The notes under the pieces are model-generated. The model did no database searches. It was not told the origin of the DNA and worked only from the letters and a program-made list of their open reading frames with translations. A program made the translations under genes and the position numbers. From Bryobacterales bacterium (GTDB lineage Bacteria; Acidobacteriota; Terriglobia; Bryobacterales; UBA6623), in assembly GCA_965214915.1 (NCBI GenBank), contig CBDCCP010000003.1, positions 468,440-532,439 on the forward strand: a stretch of DNA of 64,000 nt, given 5' to 3'. Positions 46,264 to 57,363 of the stretch are shown here, in pieces (positions within the stretch are counted from its first letter, which is position 1; each line of letters opens with the position of its first letter).

Positions 46264-47670
46264 ATGTTGTTCGGGATGCGCATCTGCTTTTGCCTGCTCC
46301 CGCTGCTCTTGTCGTGCGGCGCCTCCCCCGATCCGGAATCCGCGATTTCCAAGCCCAACATCGTGCTGATCGTCGCCGACGATCTGGGTTACGGCGATTT
46401 GGGGGCCTACGGCCAGAGGGAAATTCGAACGCCCAACCTTGACCGCATGGCCGCGGAGGGCTTGCGCTTCACCGACCACTACGCCGGCAGCACGGTCTGC
46501 GCGCCTTCACGCAGCTCGCTGATGACGGGATTGCATACGGGCCATACGCCGATTCGAGGCAACAAGGAAGTGCGTCCGATGGGCCAGCACCCCATCGCCG
46601 ACGAAGTCGTCACGGTTGCCGAAGTTCTCAAGACCGCCGGCTATGCGACCGCTCTGATCGGCAAGTGGGGGCTGGGCGGCCCCGACTCGCGCGGCGTCCC
46701 CAATCGGCAGGGCTTCGATTACTTTTTCGGCTATCTCTGCCAGCGTCATGCGCACAATTACTACCCCGAATTTCTGTTCCGCAACGAAGAGAGAACGCCG
46801 CTGAACAACAAACTGCCCGAGCCGGTCCGCCCGGACGGCGCCGGAATGGCGATAGAGAAGAACGAATATTCGCACGACCTGCTGGCGGCCGAGGCGCTGG
46901 CCTTCGTGGAGCGCCGCCGGGAACAGCCGTTTTTCTTGTACCTGGCGCTCACCATTCCTCATGCGAACAACGAAGCGCGGGAAAAAGGAATGGAGGCGCC
47001 CGAGCTCGGCGCCTACGCCGAGAAGGACTGGCCCGAGCCGCAAAAAGGCCACGCCGCGATGATCGGCCGCATGGATGCCGACATCGGCCGCTTGCTCGCC
47101 AAAATCCGCGAGCTGGGCCTCGACGAGCGGACGCTCGTGTTCTTCACCAGCGACAACGGCCCGCACCGCGAGGGCGGCAACGACCCCCATTTCAACGACA
47201 GCAACGGCCCGCTGCGCGGCATCAAGCGCGACTTGTACGAAGGCGGCATCCGCGTGCCGCTGATCGCCCGCTGGCCCGGAAAAATCGAGGCGGGCCGGAC
47301 GACCGGCCACGTCTCGGCATTCTGGGATTTCCTGCCCACCCTGGCCGGCATCGCGGGCGCGGAAACCCCGCCCGGCCTCGACGGCATTTCGATGGAGCCG
47401 ACGCTTTTTTCGCAGGACGGGCAGCAACAACACGAACGGCTCTACTGGGAGTTTCACGAAGGGCGATCCTCGAAACAGGCCGTTCGCCTGGGCAAGTGGA
47501 AGGGCGTCCGCCTGGACCCGAAAGGCCCGCTCGAGCTCTACGACTTGTCGGCGGATATAGGCGAGACCGCCGACGTCGCCGCGGACCATCCTGAGATCGT
47601 CGCCGCCATCGAATCGTACCTGGCCCAGGCGCGCACCGAATCGGAGTTCTGGCCGTTGCGTTCGCCATAG
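46264..47670 (+). CDS. Arylsulfatase, probable lipoprotein
   Basis: LLSC lipobox, PNIVLIVADDLG, CAPSR, GKWGLG, SDNG. Confidence 0.92.
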   Translation: MLFGMRICFCLLPLLLSCGASPDPESAISKPNIVLIVADDLGYGDLGAYGQREIRTPNLDRMAAEGLRFTDHYAGSTVCAPSRSSLMTGLHTGHTPIRGNKEVRPMGQHPIADEVVTVAEVLKTAGYATALIGKWGLGGPDSRGVPNRQGFDYFFGYLCQRHAHNYYPEFLFRNEERTPLNNKLPEPVRPDGAGMAIEKNEYSHDLLAAEALAFVERRREQPFFLYLALTIPHANNEAREKGMEAPELGAYAEKDWPEPQKGHAAMIGRMDADIGRLLAKIRELGLDERTLVFFTSDNGPHREGGNDPHFNDSNGPLRGIKRDLYEGGIRVPLIARWPGKIEAGRTTGHVSAFWDFLPTLAGIAGAETPPGLDGISMEPTLFSQDGQQQHERLYWEFHEGRSSKQAVRLGKWKGVRLDPKGPLELYDLSADIGETADVAADHPEIVAAIESYLAQARTESEFWPLRSP

Positions 47671-47686
47671 CGCGGGGTTATCATGG

Positions 47687-48337
47687 ATGCCGATGAGACA
47701 TCGGAAAAACCAAGGGACCCGCCGCGAGTTCCTGGCCGTGGGCGCAGCAGCAGCCGCCGCTTTCAAAGACGCCGTAAACGCTGCGGAAACGGGCTTTAAG
47801 CCGCTTTTTAACGGCAAAGATCTAACCGGCTGGGAGGGAGACCCGTTTTTCTGGAAGGCCGCGGACGGCGCGCTGATCGGCAAGACGCCGGGCATCGCCT
47901 ACAACGACTTTCTGGCCACGGAGAAAGAATACGCGGATTTCATCCTGCGCTTCGAGATCTTGCTGGTGGACAACGCGGGCAACAGCGGCGTCCAGTTCCG
48001 CAGCCGGCGCGAGAACGGCTCGATGGCCATGATCGGCTACCAAGCCGATATCAGCGATGTCTTTTGGGGCGCGCTGTACGACGAGCATCGGCGGCGGGTC
48101 ATGCTGGCGCAGCCGTCGGAGGCGCTGCTCAAGCGCGCGGTCAAAATCAACGACTGGAACGACTACGAAATTCACGCCGAGGGCAAGCGCATCGTGCTGA
48201 AGCTCAACGGCATCGTCACGGCGGACTACACCGAGAAAGACGACGCCATTCCGCAAACGGGCGTCATCGCCGTGCAGGTGCATTCCGGCCCGCCGATCGA
48301 GGTCCGCTTCCGCAACATGCGCATCAAGGAACTTTAG
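47687..48337 (+). CDS. DUF1080 (3-keto-disaccharide hydrolase-like) protein, Tat leader
   Basis: TRREFL, LFNGKDLTGW, NSGVQFRS, GYQAD, FRNMRIKEL. Confidence 0.9.
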   Translation: MPMRHRKNQGTRREFLAVGAAAAAAFKDAVNAAETGFKPLFNGKDLTGWEGDPFFWKAADGALIGKTPGIAYNDFLATEKEYADFILRFEILLVDNAGNSGVQFRSRRENGSMAMIGYQADISDVFWGALYDEHRRRVMLAQPSEALLKRAVKINDWNDYEIHAEGKRIVLKLNGIVTADYTEKDDAIPQTGVIAVQVHSGPPIEVRFRNMRIKEL

Positions 48338-48374
48338 CGGCCGTTGCCCCGGACGGGCTTCCGCCGCTCTAAGC

Positions 48375-51300
48375 TCAGAAATACAACTTGAGGCCCAGTT
48401 GCCCGACGCGGGCGGACTCGGCCGCGGTGATGTTGCCGAAGTTGTTGTTGCCGAAACTCGTATTCGGACGCCGGAACACCGTGTTGTTGAAGAAATTGAA
48501 GAACTCCACGCGCAACTGCAGGCGGACCCTCTCGTTGAACGGAAAATCCTTCAGGATCGACAGGTCCCAGTTCACGTAAGCGGGTTCGCGGGCGTCCGGC
48601 AGGAAGTTGCCCATGTTGCCGAACATGAAGGGCTCCGGCTGTTCGAATGCGCTCGCGTTGAAGTACGGCTGCGCGGCAAACCGGCCGCCCAAGCGGCTGC
48701 CGACGGGGCCCGACGTCTCGGGGGCTTGGCCGACGACCCGGTTCGGCGTCTGGCGTCCGCCGAAGGCGTTGAGATTGTTGAACCGCGACGTGATCCCTAC
48801 GGGCAGGCCGCTCTGGATAGTCGTGACGCCGTTCAGATTCCATCCGCCCATCACTTGGTTCACCCAACCGCCCCGGTTGAGCATCGCCTTGCCTTTGCCG
48901 AACGGCAACTCGTACTGGTAGTTGACGACCAGCCGGTGCGCGATGTCGAGGCCCGACAGGGACTTGTCCAGACGCTTGTCGTAGTGATTGGTGTAGCCGG
49001 GGTTCTGGGCGCCTACGAATCCGGCGACCGAGCTGACGTCGTCGATCATCTTCGACCAGGTGTATGCGCCCAGCAGTTGCAGCCCGCTCGTGTAGCGCTT
49101 GCTCACCTTCATTTGCAGAGCGTGGTAGGTCGAATGGAACTCGTAGCCCCGCGGCGTGTTCAGGCCCGAGAAATGGGGGTAGGGACGCAGCAATTGCCCC
49201 AGTGAGACCATCCGGCGGCCGAGTCCCAAGTTGCTGGGGATGACGCCGAAGAAGGGGTTCTCCACCTGCTCGTTCAAGCGGTCGCCCAGCGACTGATAGA
49301 CGTTGGGCAATTGGTTGAACTGCACGCCGCTGCCGAGCAGCTTGACGCCCCCGTTGCCCGCGTAGGCGGCATCGATCAGCCAGTCGTCGGGCAGTTCGTA
49401 CTGAACGTTGAAGTTCCACTGCATCGAATACGGCGTGCGGTCCCTGCGCACGATGGCCGCCGGGCTCTGCCCCAGAAAGGTCGCCAAGCCCTCGGCCCCG
49501 TTCGAGGGCGCATTGAAGCCCAGAGGAAACGGATCGGAAACATCGGTGAAGGGGCGTGCGGCCGCCGTCCTGGCTGCCGATGACCGGCGAAAGAGAGTTG
49601 AAGCTGACTGCCCCGGCCGTCGCCGTGCCCGGCCCGAAGCCGGTCGTCGGATTGAAGAATATGCCGGCGCCGGTGCGAATGACCAGCCGGTCGGTGAGCT
49701 TGTAGGCCCAAGCCGAGCCGCGGCGCGAAGTTGTTGTTGTCGTAATCCTTGATGTGGCGGGGATTGCCGCCGGCGCCGGCGAACTGGAGGCCGCCGGCGA
49801 CCGGGCGCTCGATGCCGGGAGTGTCCAGCGTGAGCGCAGACTGCGCCGCTTCGAAGTCGAACCAGCCGGCCCGGTTGAACCGCTCGGTGATCGGGCGGTC
49901 CTGATCCCAGCGGAAACCGATATTGAGCGTCAGTTTGTCCGTAACGCGCCAGTCGTCTTGAATGTAAAAGCCCCAGTATGGGGTCTGCTGCGAAAGAGCC
50001 GGCTCGAAACGGATGCGGCCGCCGTTCATGAATCCCAGCAGCATGCTGGCGACGGAATTGCCCTGCGAACCGCGGTTGAACCGCTCGCGGGTCCAGTTGC
50101 GATTGAACTGGTAGAAACCCGCCGGATCGGCGGGACGGTGGTTCGAGACGCGGTTCAGGCGGAATACGCCGCCGAACTTGATGGTGTGGCCGCCGAACAG
50201 ACGCGACATGTCCCCGACCCAGGTGTGCGATTCGAACTTGTTGCCGATGTACCAGAAGGCGTTGTTGCCCATCTGCTGGAAGTCCGCGACCTGGATTCGG
50301 GGAAAGGCGGGGAACTGCGCCTGGCCGTCGAGCTCGGACGGAAAACCGAGCGACGCCTGGGAGACGTCCTCTTCGATATACCTGCGCGGGTTTGCGTGAT
50401 ACGACCAGCCGTAGTTGCCGTGCAGCACCCAGCCGCCGGCCAGGTGCGTATCGTCGAACGTGGCCGAGCGGTTGATGCTGCCGTTCCAGCCCGACCCCGG
50501 CGAGGCGATGTTGTTCCAGCGGCTCGGCAGCGTATTGATCGTTTTGTTGAGGGACACGCGCGCGAACAGCGTGTTCCTGTCGTTCACGCGGTAATCGACC
50601 TTGGTGGACGTGTCCCACGTGTTCGGCCGCGACCCAAGCTGCGAGAAGAAGTTGTTGCGGATGCCCGAGGCGGTCGGCTCGGGGTAGAACGACAGCAGCT
50701 TCTGCGCCTGCGGGCTGCGCCGGTCGGCGGGCACGATGCCGTTGGGAAACGGATCGCGCGTGCCGTTCTCCTTGAGCGTGAGCGGATCGTAGATGCGGCG
50801 GTTGTCCTCGCTGAAGTCGCCCTGCTTCATCAGCGGCGTCGGCACCGATTGCGTAACCGACGCCGGGTTGACCTGCCGGCGGAATTCCACGCTCTGGAAG
50901 AAAAAGAGCTTGCTCCGCGAAGGCGACAGCGGCCCGCCGAGTGTGCCGCCGAATTGGTTGAAGCGGAACGGCGCGCGGTCGCGGCCGTTGGCGTTCGAAA
51001 ACCAGTTGTTGGCCTGCAGCTTGTCGTTGCGCAGGAACTCGTAGAGCACGCCGTGGAACTCGCTCCCGCCCGAGCGCGTGACCATATTGACGACCGCGCC
51101 GGCGGTGCGCCCGTATTGGGCGGAAAAGGCGTTCGTCTGCACTTTGAACTCCTGCAGCGTGTCGGGCGACGGAATGTACGAGGGCTGGTTGAAGCCCATC
51201 ACTTCCTGCGAGGAGCCGTCGAGCATGATCGAGTTGGCGACGTTGCGGCCGCCGTTGGCCGAAAACGCGATCGCGGAAATCGAGCCGTTGCCGTTGGTCG

Positions 51301-51823
51301 AGTTGCGGAAGTTGCGCGTGGTGTTGATGCCCGGCGTGAGGCCGATCAACTGCAGAACGTTGCGGCCGTTCAGCGGCAGGGACTCGGCAGTGCGCGAGTT
51401 GACCACCTCGCCCAGATCGGATGTCGCCGTTTCGAGCAAGGGCGCTTCCGCCGAGATTTCCACGACCTCGGTGACGTCGCCGACCTCCAGCGGGATATCG
51501 ATCTCCGCGACCTGAGCGACCTGCAGGATGAATTGCTGCCGCTCGTAGCGCTTGAAGCCGTCGGCCTCCACGGCGAGGCTGTAGTTGCCCGGCGGAATCT
51601 GCTGGAAGACATACGCGCCCGCGGCGTTGGACTCGGCGGACCAAGGCCGGTTCTGGTCCACGTTGGTCAGCGTCAACGCGGCGCCCGGAATCACGGCGCC
51701 GGAAGCGTCGGTCACCGTGCCGCGCACGGTCGCGGTCTGCGTTTGAGCGAGAGCGGAAGCCGCGAGCGCGCATAGCAACGCGGACGCGACAAGAAAACGA
51801 ATGGCGGAATCGGCAATCTGCAT
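48375..51823 (-). pseudogene. Oar-like TonB-dependent receptor with two +1 frameshifts (pseudogene or sequencing error)
   Basis: MQIADS... reads to NNFAPRLGL. Removing one base from CCC (49707-49709) and one from GGGG (49551-49554) gives a continuous 1148-aa frame ending GLKLYF. Confidence 0.9.
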
Positions 51824-51996
51824 GATACGTACCCCCTGACGAAACGAATCGAGCGGCTGCGCTCGGCCTGCAAGCCGCACAGCGCGCACGGCGCATTGTA
51901 TTCAGCGTACCCCCCCCCGCCTCTCCTGCAAAGGGGCATCTGCAAAATATGCGTAAAACATCCTCCCCCGCAACCCCAAAAGGTTGAACAGTCCTC

Positions 51997-52065
51997 GGCG
52001 CAAGTCGCGCGGGCGGCGTAACGCTCCCCGGAGCCGATACAGGCCGGCCGGGCAAGGGCGCGCAA
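51997..52065 (+). repeat. Dispersed intergenic repeat, copy C
   Basis: GGCGCAAGTCGCGCGGGCGGCGTAACGCTCCCC matches copy B at 27/33; identical GGCAAGGGCGCGCAA at 52051-52065. Confidence 0.72.
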
Positions 52066-52293
52066 ACAGGCGGCGGCTCCCGGTACGGCGCCCGGGCCCC
52101 ACCGAAGCGCATCCCGCGCGCTGCCGACGGGAGCAATTTTCATATTTTTTACAGGCAATCCCCTTGCGCCGGGAACCTACAGCGCTTAACCTACCCTTGG
52201 GTTTCTTATTTACGATCACTGCCCGATGCAGAAACAGCGAGGTTTGTAGGTCCGGCTAAAACATCCGTCAACAAAAGCAAGGGGGTATCTCCG

Positions 52294-55200
52294 ATGTCTC
52301 TCCGTTCGCTGCCGCGGCTGCTGTCCGCGGTTATGTTGCTGTCGTTTTTTGGGGGCGCGGCGAGCGCCCAAACCCTGGGCGCCATCATCGGCGCCGTCAC
52401 GGACGACACCGGAGCCGTAATTCCCGGGGTCGACGTCGAAATCACCAACGAGGAACAGGGCACCTCCAGCGTCGTTTCCACGCAGAGCGACGGCTCGTAC
52501 CGCCTGCCCAGCGTACAGCCCGGCTCTTATTCGATCCGCATCGAAGCCGACGGCTTCCGCAGCCACCTGGTGCAAAACCTGCGCGTCGAGGTCGGCAGCA
52601 TTCTCACCTACGACGCGGTGCTCGAGGTCGGCGCCGTTACCGAGACGGTCAACGTCGAAGCGGCGACGCCTTTGGTCGAGACGTCGCGCGGCTCGCTCGG
52701 CGCGGTCGTCGAAAACAAGCGCGTGCTGGAGTTGCCCTTGCAGACCCGCGAGGTCTTCGATCTGATCGACCTGACGCCGGGCGCGCAGCGCATGCGCAAC
52801 AGCAACCGCGCCGGCGGAGGAGACGTGACCATCGCCGGAGGCCGCACGCGCGCCGCCGGCGTATTCATCGACGGCGTGATCAACAGCCGCACCGGCATCG
52901 GCGCGACGATCACCGAGCTCAGCACGCCCATCGACGCCATCCAGGAGGTGCGCGTCGAGGCCAACGCGGCGACGGCCGAGTTGGGCCGCTCGGCAGCCGG
53001 ATTTATCAACGCCACCACCAAGGCGGGCACGAACGAACTTCACGGTTCCGCCTACTGGTTCCTGCGCAACGACGCGCTCAACGCCCGCGGTTGGGACGCC
53101 AGAAGCAAAACCAAGCTCCGGCGCAACGTATTGGGCGGCACGATCGGCGGGCCGATCGCCAAAAATCGCACCTTCTTCTTCTACAACTACGACCACACGA
53201 TCGAAAATCGCGACAACTTGCGGGTGCGCAGCGTCGGACTGCCCGAATGGAAGAACGGCGATCTCTCGACCATGCTGCAATCCAACGGCCGGCTGCGCAG
53301 AGTTTACGATCCGTTGACTTCCCAAGGGCGCGGCGGGGAAATGCAGTTCCCCAACAACACGATTCCCGGCAACCGCCTGGACACGGTTGCCCAGAGCGTT
53401 CTGGGCTTCCTGCCGAGCGCGAATTTTGCGCAGGTCGATGTCTCGAACGAAGGCAACTGGCAACGCAATCTGCCTTTCGAGCTGCGCCGGACGAGCCACA
53501 CCGGCCGCGTGGACCACGAATTGAACTCCGCCAATAAATTGATGTTCCGCTACAACCTGTTCATGCCCGTCAGAGTCGACAATGTGCCGGCGGACGACTT
53601 CGGCATCTCCGATCCGAACGCGACCCGGGCGCCGGTACGGCAGCAGAACATCCTGCTGTCCTATACGAAGCTCTTTTCGCCGACGTTTTTCATGACGGCG
53701 ACCGGGGGGTTCTTCCGCTTCCGCCAGCACAATCAAGGATTCAGTCTGAACGAGGACGTAGCCGGTCAAATCCTCGGTCTCCGCGGGGTCGGCCCGGACG
53801 CCTTCCCGCGCTTCAACATCGGCGGCAACCCGGGCTTCACCAATTTCGGCACCGGCAACCACAACCGGCTGTTCGCCTTTACGAACTTCGAGTACACGGC
53901 GCACTTCACGAAGGTGTCGGGCGCCCACACGTACAAGTTCGGCTGGGACTTCCGCCGCTATCAAGGCAGCGAGATCGGCCGCCAGCAGGGTTCCGGCGTA
54001 TTCGATTTCGCCAACACGGATACGCGCGGGCTGAACCCCGACGGCAGCGTCATCGGCGGCACGGGCGCCGACTTGGCCTCGTTCCTGATCGGCCAGGCCG
54101 ACCGCGCCCGCGTCCAGGCCAACCCGACCTTCGGGCGCCGCTCCTGGTACACCGCCGGTTTCTTCCAGGACGATTGGCGGGTCAGCGCCAACTTCACGGT
54201 GAACCTGGGATTGCGCTACGAGTACGAGGCGCCGTTTACCGAGGTCGCCGACCGCGTCGCCGGCTGGGACCCCGGCTTGCCGCTGCCTGCCGCCGGAACG
54301 AACGGAATCGCGCCGGGCCAACTGGGCGCCTATTACTTCGCCGGCCGCGACGGCTTTCCGCGCAACCCGATTCGGCCCGACAAGAACAACGTCAGTCCGC
54401 GCTTCGGTTTCGCCTACAAACCCGGCGGCAGCAGCAAATCCGTCATTCGCGGCGGTTTCGCCGTGATGTACGGCGGCAACTACGACGGAAACGTCCTGCA
54501 AACCGGCAGCCAGGGCTTCGGCGGATCGGGCAACATCGGCGGCGGGCAGGTTCCGCTGCTCAAGGACGGCATGCCGGACACTTTCCTCACCATTCCGGAT
54601 CCGTCGGAACTCACCGCCAACTTCGGCACGCGCGGCACGAAGTTCGTGCAAGGCCGCGTGGACTACGTCGACATCAACCACCGCACGCCGTACTCGTTCG
54701 ACTGGAACCTCACCTGGCAGCACCAGATCGGCGAGCAACTCTTCGAGGTGCGCTATTTCGCCAAATTCGCCAAGAAGGTCAACCTGCGCCGGATGAACCT
54801 CAACCAGATTCACCCGCTCAACCTGCCCCGCGTAGGGACGAACGAGTTCGGCAGCCAGACGCAGCGCGTGCTCAAACCGTTTACCCAGTACGGCGGCACC
54901 GGCCAGATCCGCATGAACAACCCGAATTTCTTCAAATCGGACTACCAGGGCATCAGCTTCAAGACGGAGAAACGCTTCAACGAAGGGGTCGGCTACATTT
55001 TCCTCTACACGTTCTCGCGCTGGTACGACAACGCGCCGTTCGTAGGGGAAAACAACGCCACTCTCGGCGACCACGACTGGTTCCAGAACATTTACGACTT
55101 CGCCTCGGAGTGGTCGCTCTCGGGCAACCACTCGCCTCATCGCATCGTCTTCAGCCCGGTCTATGAGCTGCCTTTCGGCAAGGGCAAGCGCTTCGGCGGA

Positions 55201-55713
55201 AACATGGGAGGGATCGCCGACAAAATCCTGGGCGGATGGCAAGTCTCGGGCATCTACACTTTCCAGAGCGGCTCGCCTTTCGGGGTCACCGTGCTCAACG
55301 GCGCCCGCGACGTCAAGGGCGACAACGCCGCCGATGCGACGCTCTACGCCAACCTCGTGGGAGACCCGAAGCATCCCAACCAAGGCGATCCGGCGCTCGG
55401 CGGGCGCCGCGGCGTGCTGTGGACCAACGAAACGGCTTTCGAGTCTCCCGATCCCTTCACGCTGGGCAACGCCGGCCGCAAAGTGCCCGGCATCCTCGGG
55501 CCGGGCACGCCGCACATTTTCAACATCAACCTGGCCAAAAACACGCAGTTGAGCGAGAAGGTTCAGATGCAGATCCGCTGGGAGACGTTCAACAGCTTCA
55601 ACACCCCGGAGTTCAACAATCCGCGCGACCAGGTCGGGCAATCGGGCTTTGGCGTCGTCAACGCGGGCAACTCGCACCGCGAGATGCAACTGGGCCTGAA
55701 GTTTTATTTCTGA
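52294..55713 (+). CDS. Oar-like TonB-dependent receptor
   Basis: Signal peptide, carboxypeptidase-like domain, LHGSAYWFLRND, QDDWRV, YELPFGKGK, REMQLGLKFYF. Confidence 0.93.
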   Translation: MSLRSLPRLLSAVMLLSFFGGAASAQTLGAIIGAVTDDTGAVIPGVDVEITNEEQGTSSVVSTQSDGSYRLPSVQPGSYSIRIEADGFRSHLVQNLRVEVGSILTYDAVLEVGAVTETVNVEAATPLVETSRGSLGAVVENKRVLELPLQTREVFDLIDLTPGAQRMRNSNRAGGGDVTIAGGRTRAAGVFIDGVINSRTGIGATITELSTPIDAIQEVRVEANAATAELGRSAAGFINATTKAGTNELHGSAYWFLRNDALNARGWDARSKTKLRRNVLGGTIGGPIAKNRTFFFYNYDHTIENRDNLRVRSVGLPEWKNGDLSTMLQSNGRLRRVYDPLTSQGRGGEMQFPNNTIPGNRLDTVAQSVLGFLPSANFAQVDVSNEGNWQRNLPFELRRTSHTGRVDHELNSANKLMFRYNLFMPVRVDNVPADDFGISDPNATRAPVRQQNILLSYTKLFSPTFFMTATGGFFRFRQHNQGFSLNEDVAGQILGLRGVGPDAFPRFNIGGNPGFTNFGTGNHNRLFAFTNFEYTAHFTKVSGAHTYKFGWDFRRYQGSEIGRQQGSGVFDFANTDTRGLNPDGSVIGGTGADLASFLIGQADRARVQANPTFGRRSWYTAGFFQDDWRVSANFTVNLGLRYEYEAPFTEVADRVAGWDPGLPLPAAGTNGIAPGQLGAYYFAGRDGFPRNPIRPDKNNVSPRFGFAYKPGGSSKSVIRGGFAVMYGGNYDGNVLQTGSQGFGGSGNIGGGQVPLLKDGMPDTFLTIPDPSELTANFGTRGTKFVQGRVDYVDINHRTPYSFDWNLTWQHQIGEQLFEVRYFAKFAKKVNLRRMNLNQIHPLNLPRVGTNEFGSQTQRVLKPFTQYGGTGQIRMNNPNFFKSDYQGISFKTEKRFNEGVGYIFLYTFSRWYDNAPFVGENNATLGDHDWFQNIYDFASEWSLSGNHSPHRIVFSPVYELPFGKGKRFGGNMGGIADKILGGWQVSGIYTFQSGSPFGVTVLNGARDVKGDNAADATLYANLVGDPKHPNQGDPALGGRRGVLWTNETAFESPDPFTLGNAGRKVPGILGPGTPHIFNINLAKNTQLSEKVQMQIRWETFNSFNTPEFNNPRDQVGQSGFGVVNAGNSHREMQLGLKFYF

Positions 55714-55761
55714 TAACGTGGAGCTTCCGCCCGGCGGCGTCCAACTCGCTTTTTTCGATAC

Positions 55762-55846
55762 GCGAACGTGGCGGAATCGGCAGACGCGCTAGATTTAGGT
55801 TCTAGTGGGGCAACCCGTGAGAGTTCGAATCTCTCCGTTCGCACCA
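55762..55846 (+). tRNA. tRNA-Leu(TAG)
   Basis: Acceptor stem GCGAACG/CGTTCGC with ACCA end; anticodon arm CTAGA-TTTAGGT-TCTAG; long variable arm; GTTCGAAT T-loop. Confidence 0.97.
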
Positions 55847-55893
55847 ATTTCGGCGGCCCGCGCCGCGCGCCCGAATAGCGGAGAATAATTGTC

Positions 55894-57363
55894 ATGAACC
55901 AGGTGCCCAACTATATCGGCGGCCGCTGGACCGCTTTCGCCGCCGGCGAGGTCTCGCAGGTGGTGAATCCGGCCACGGCGGAAGTGCTCGGCGTCGTGGC
56001 AAGCGACGGGTCGGCAGAGGCCGCGGCCGCCGTCGAAGCCGCCGCGGCCGCATTTCCCGCATGGCGCGCCGTGCCGCCGGGAGAGCGCATCCAGTACCTT
56101 TTCAAGCTCAAGACGCTGCTCGAAGACAATTTCGACGCCATCTCCCGCATCGTCACTACCGAGAACGGCAAGACGCTCGCCGAGTCTCAAGGCGAGTTGC
56201 GCCGCGGCATCGAAAACGTCGAGGTGGCCTGCGGCATTCCGACGATGATGCAGGGCTACAACCTCGAAGACATCGCGCGCGGCATCGACGAGATGATGGT
56301 GCGCCAGCCGCTCGGCGTCGTCGGGGTTATCACGCCCTTCAATTTTCCGGTCATGATCCCTCTGTGGTTCCTGCCCTACGCCATCGCTTGCGGCAATACC
56401 CTCGTGCTCAAACCCTCGGAAAAAGTACCGCTGGCGATGCGCGCCGTGTTCGAGCTGATCGAGCAACTCGATCTGCCGGAGGGCGTCGTCAATCTGGTGA
56501 ACGGCGGCAAGGGAGCGGTCGATACGCTGCTCGAACATCCGGCCGTGCGGGCAATCAGCTTTGTCGGCTCGACGCCGGTCGCCAAATACATTTATGCCCA
56601 GGGGGCGCGGTACGGCAAGCGTGTGCAGTGCCAGGGAGGCGCGAAGAACCACGTTGTCGTCATGCCCGACGCCGATTTCGAGACGACGACCCGCATCGTC
56701 AGCGACAGCGCCTTCGGCTGCGCGGGCCAGCGCTGCCTGGCCGTCGCCGCAGCGGTGACCGTCGGCGAGGCGCACGAGACTTTCCGCGACGCCATCGTCG
56801 ATACCGCCGGATCGCTCAAGATAGGCTGCGGACTCGACGACGGCGTGCAGATGGGGCCGGTCATCACTGCGCAAAGCCGGGCGCGCATCGAAGGAGCGAT
56901 CGCCAGAGGCGCCGGCGAAGGCGCGAACCCGGCGCTCGACGGGCGCGGCGCGAAAGTTGCCGGCTACGACTCTGGCAACTTCGTCGGGCCGACCGTTCTG
57001 GACGGCGTCAGTCCCGCGAGCGAGCTGGCGACGACGGAGATCTTCGGGCCGGTGCTGAGCTTGACTCCCGTCGCGACGCTCGACGAAGCGCTGGCCGTCA
57101 TCGCCCGCAATCCGTACGGCAACGCATCGTCGATCTTCACCGCCGGCGGCGCCGCGGCGCGCAAATTCCGCAACGAAACGACGACCGGCAACGTGGGCGT
57201 CAACATCGGGGTAGCCGCGCCGATGGCCTACTTCCCTTTCAGCGGCTGGAAAGACAGTTTCCTGGGCGTGATGCACGGCCAAGGCCGCGACGCCGTCGAG
57301 TTCTACACGGACAAAAAGGTAATCGTCGAACGCTGGCCCAAGGAATGGTCGCGGAAATTTTAA
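55894..57363 (+). CDS. mmsA: CoA-acylating (methyl)malonate-semialdehyde dehydrogenase
   Basis: ITPFNFP, KPSEKVP, SFVGST, GGAKNH, AFGCAGQRCLA, EIFGPV, FSGWKDSF. Confidence 0.92.
   Translation: MNQVPNYIGGRWTAFAAGEVSQVVNPATAEVLGVVASDGSAEAAAAVEAAAAAFPAWRAVPPGERIQYLFKLKTLLEDNFDAISRIVTTENGKTLAESQGELRRGIENVEVACGIPTMMQGYNLEDIARGIDEMMVRQPLGVVGVITPFNFPVMIPLWFLPYAIACGNTLVLKPSEKVPLAMRAVFELIEQLDLPEGVVNLVNGGKGAVDTLLEHPAVRAISFVGSTPVAKYIYAQGARYGKRVQCQGGAKNHVVVMPDADFETTTRIVSDSAFGCAGQRCLAVAAAVTVGEAHETFRDAIVDTAGSLKIGCGLDDGVQMGPVITAQSRARIEGAIARGAGEGANPALDGRGAKVAGYDSGNFVGPTVLDGVSPASELATTEIFGPVLSLTPVATLDEALAVIARNPYGNASSIFTAGGAAARKFRNETTTGNVGVNIGVAAPMAYFPFSGWKDSFLGVMHGQGRDAVEFYTDKKVIVERWPKEWSRKF

Noticed and set aside
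48375-52136. 1253-aa ORF in the ORF track
   Set aside because: Only its last ~390 aa are real; the rest is an alternate frame joined by the frameshifts in the receptor gene.
52151-52168. Sigma54 promoter (GG-N10-GC) before the receptor at 52294
   Set aside because: Spacing fits but the -24 element is weak, a sigma70 reading fits equally well, and no activator gene is nearby.
55762-55900. tRNA-Leu as an island integration site
   Set aside because: No integrase and no duplicated tRNA 3' end seen in the window.
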